Below are positions 62,380 to 64,000 of a DNA stretch of 64,000 bases, piece after piece; position 1 is the first letter of the stretch, and every line of letters starts with the position of its first letter. Made by a program: the position numbers and the translations under genes. Under the pieces are notes generated by a model. It ran no database searches. It was not told the DNA's origin and worked only from the letters and a program-made list of their open reading frames with translations. Where the stretch lies: the NCBI RefSeq assembly GCF_018350175.1, contig NC_058368.1, positions 196,976,001 to 197,040,000 on the forward strand, in the 5' to 3' direction. Origin of the DNA: Felis catus (Eukaryota).

Positions 62380-62572
62380 TAATTGGAAGCTTCAGGAAGA
62401 TAGGGTTTAGATCTACATAAGAAGGACTTTTTAAGTTGGTGGAGCCTACCCAAGGATGAAATGGGCAAATGAGCTCTCTTGGTAAAGTGATGAGTTCTCT
62501 GTCACTAAAGGAATGCAAACAGAGGCTGGGTGGCAATTTGGCAAGTCCCTTCCAGCCCAGGGATCCTATGAA
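62380..62572 (+). mobile_element. CR1/L3 LINE 3' end
   Basis: GTGATGAGTTCTCTGTCACT...CAGAGGCTGG...GTCCCTTCCAGCCC...CTATGA. Confidence 0.7.
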
Positions 62573-62849
62573 TTTTATCTCACACTTCCCCCAACCTTCC
62601 CCTAACCCCCAGCTCTGACTTCGTACTGATCTGACTCGATGAGAGGTGATGGGTTGGGAGATAATTATGGACTGAAAAGGGCCATCACCCCTGAGTTAAA
62701 AATCAAGCTTCCTATGTTTTCTTTGGTAGGGGTAAGACTTTTGGTTCATTGCCTGACTTTGATCCTGAGGAGGAAGTCATGGTGAAGAAATGGTTAGAAT
62801 TGTAATCAAGCCGATTTCTGAAAAACATCATTTCACACACAGCTGTCCC

Positions 62850-63395
62850 CGGTGTATTATGACACCCATTTGGATGGCAATAATAATAATAATAATACAC
62901 CCTAGATACTTACATACTTGTACACTGATGTTCGCAGCAGGGTTATTCACAATAGTCAAAATGCGAAAACAACCCAAGGGTCCCTCAGTGGATGAATGGA
63001 GAAACAAAATGTGGCCTACACGCACCCCGCAATATCATTCAGCCGTGAAAAAAAGCAAAATTCTCTTCCACCGGCAACATGGGCGAACCTCGAACACATT
63101 ATCCTAAGTGAAGTAAGTCAGACACAAAGGACACATGCTGTGTGACTCCACTTCTGTGAGATTCCTAGACTAGACAAATTCATGGAGACAGAAAGTAGAA
63201 TGGGGGTTGTCAGGAACTGGGGGGGGGGGGAGGAGAATGCGGAGTTAATGTTTAATGGGTCTCGAGTCCCTGCTTGGGATGATGAAAAAAGTTCTAGAAG
63301 TGGATCGTGGTGATAGTTGCGCAACACTGCGAACGTACTTACGTACTTACAAATGGTGACAATGGTCGATTTTATGGAATGCGTATTTTACCACG
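62850..63395 (+). mobile_element. Old L1 (L1MB-like) ORF2 end and 3' UTR
   Basis: HTCTLMFAAGLFTIVKMRKQPKGPSVDEW; AAATTCATGGAGACAGAAAGTAGAATGG. Confidence 0.85.
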
Positions 63396-63435
63396 ATCAA
63401 CTAGATGATGTATCCGTTGGGGTGGAGAGTGCGGA

Positions 63436-63875
63436 TGTAGCCCAGTGCCCTGCTGGGGGCTGAGTTTGTGTTTTGTCTGTCCCTGAGGCTACTGCATAGA
63501 CAGGCCAGGACAGAAGGTCACGGGGAAGTGACTGGCAGGCGTGTCTCTGGGAAAGGAAGGAGGATAAGCTTCCCAGCTTCATCGCGAGAAGGAAATAACC
63601 CACTTCTTGTGTGGATCACCTGGGGTAACGGCGGTGTAGCACGGTCCTCCCAGACCTCCGTGACCCCCCCTGACCCCCAGGACGTGGGCCAGGCTTGCAC
63701 TGAGGGGCCCTTGGGGCTCTTTCCTGGGCTGGGGAGAATATGAGCTTCTACCTCTGTGGCCGCTTTGGAAGGTGTGGACTTGATCCACAATTTGGGATCT
63801 GACTCACCGAGACCAGCTTCTGCTGGACGTTCGTGTAGCCCAGTGCCCTGCTGGGGGCTGAGTTTGTGTTTTGTC
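63436..63875 (+). repeat. Perfect 42-bp direct duplication (63436-63477 and 63834-63875)
   Basis: TGTAGCCCAGTGCCCTGCTGGGGGCTGAGTTTGTGTTTTGTC twice. Confidence 0.97.
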
Positions 63876-63899
63876 GTGTCACTTTCGAAAGGCATATAA

Positions 63900-64000
63900 G
63901 ATGGAGGTTCCTCAAAAAGTTAAAAATAGAAATACCGGGGCGCCTGGGGGGCTCAGTCGGTTAAGGGTCTGACTCTTGGTTTCGGCTCAGATCACGATCT
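63900..64000 (+). mobile_element. Short L1 fragment then a Can-SINE head (63937 onward)
   Basis: ATGGAGGTTCCTCAAAAAGTTAAAAATAGAA; GGGGCGCCTGGGGGGCTCAGTCGG. Confidence 0.85.

Noticed and set aside
63436..63875. CRISPR-like reading of the direct repeats
   Set aside because: Only two copies, 356-bp spacer, mammalian context, no cas genes.
1..64000. Assignment to a named locus (HNF4A P2/P1, miR-143/145 host, RPS10-PACSIN1 considered)
   Set aside because: The expected coding exons or mature miRNA sequences were not found.

Overview
Mammalian nuclear DNA, almost certainly from a felid: the window holds about 30 tRNA-derived carnivore SINEs (Can-SINEs), several with the young cat-type signature. 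It is a GC-rich, MIR/L2-rich region. I can recognise no host protein-coding exon, RNA gene, pseudogene or CRISPR array; the only protein homology is L1 ORF2. Most of the explainable sequence is interspersed repeat: Can-SINEs, one 5'-truncated L1 with a target-site duplication (TSD), older L1/L2/CR1 pieces, MaLR and ERVL solo LTRs, and Tigger/Charlie elements. The unique sequence looks regulatory: a well-formed CCAAT/GC/TATA promoter with a probable non-coding first exon at ~46.3-46.6 kb, possible minus-strand promoters/exons (44.5-44.8 kb, 59.9-60.3 kb), two identical same-orientation CTCF motifs, an endoderm-type motif cluster and many ARE/AP-1 sites. Structures not explained by repeat families are a 97-bp inverted duplication whose only differences are CpG decay in one arm, a perfect 42-bp direct duplication, a SINE target site present three times and a SINE dimer under a single TSD. 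I cannot name the host gene and see no convincing evidence of a novel biological system. Repeat family names come from recalled consensus sequences, not a search, and boundaries of old repeats are approximate.
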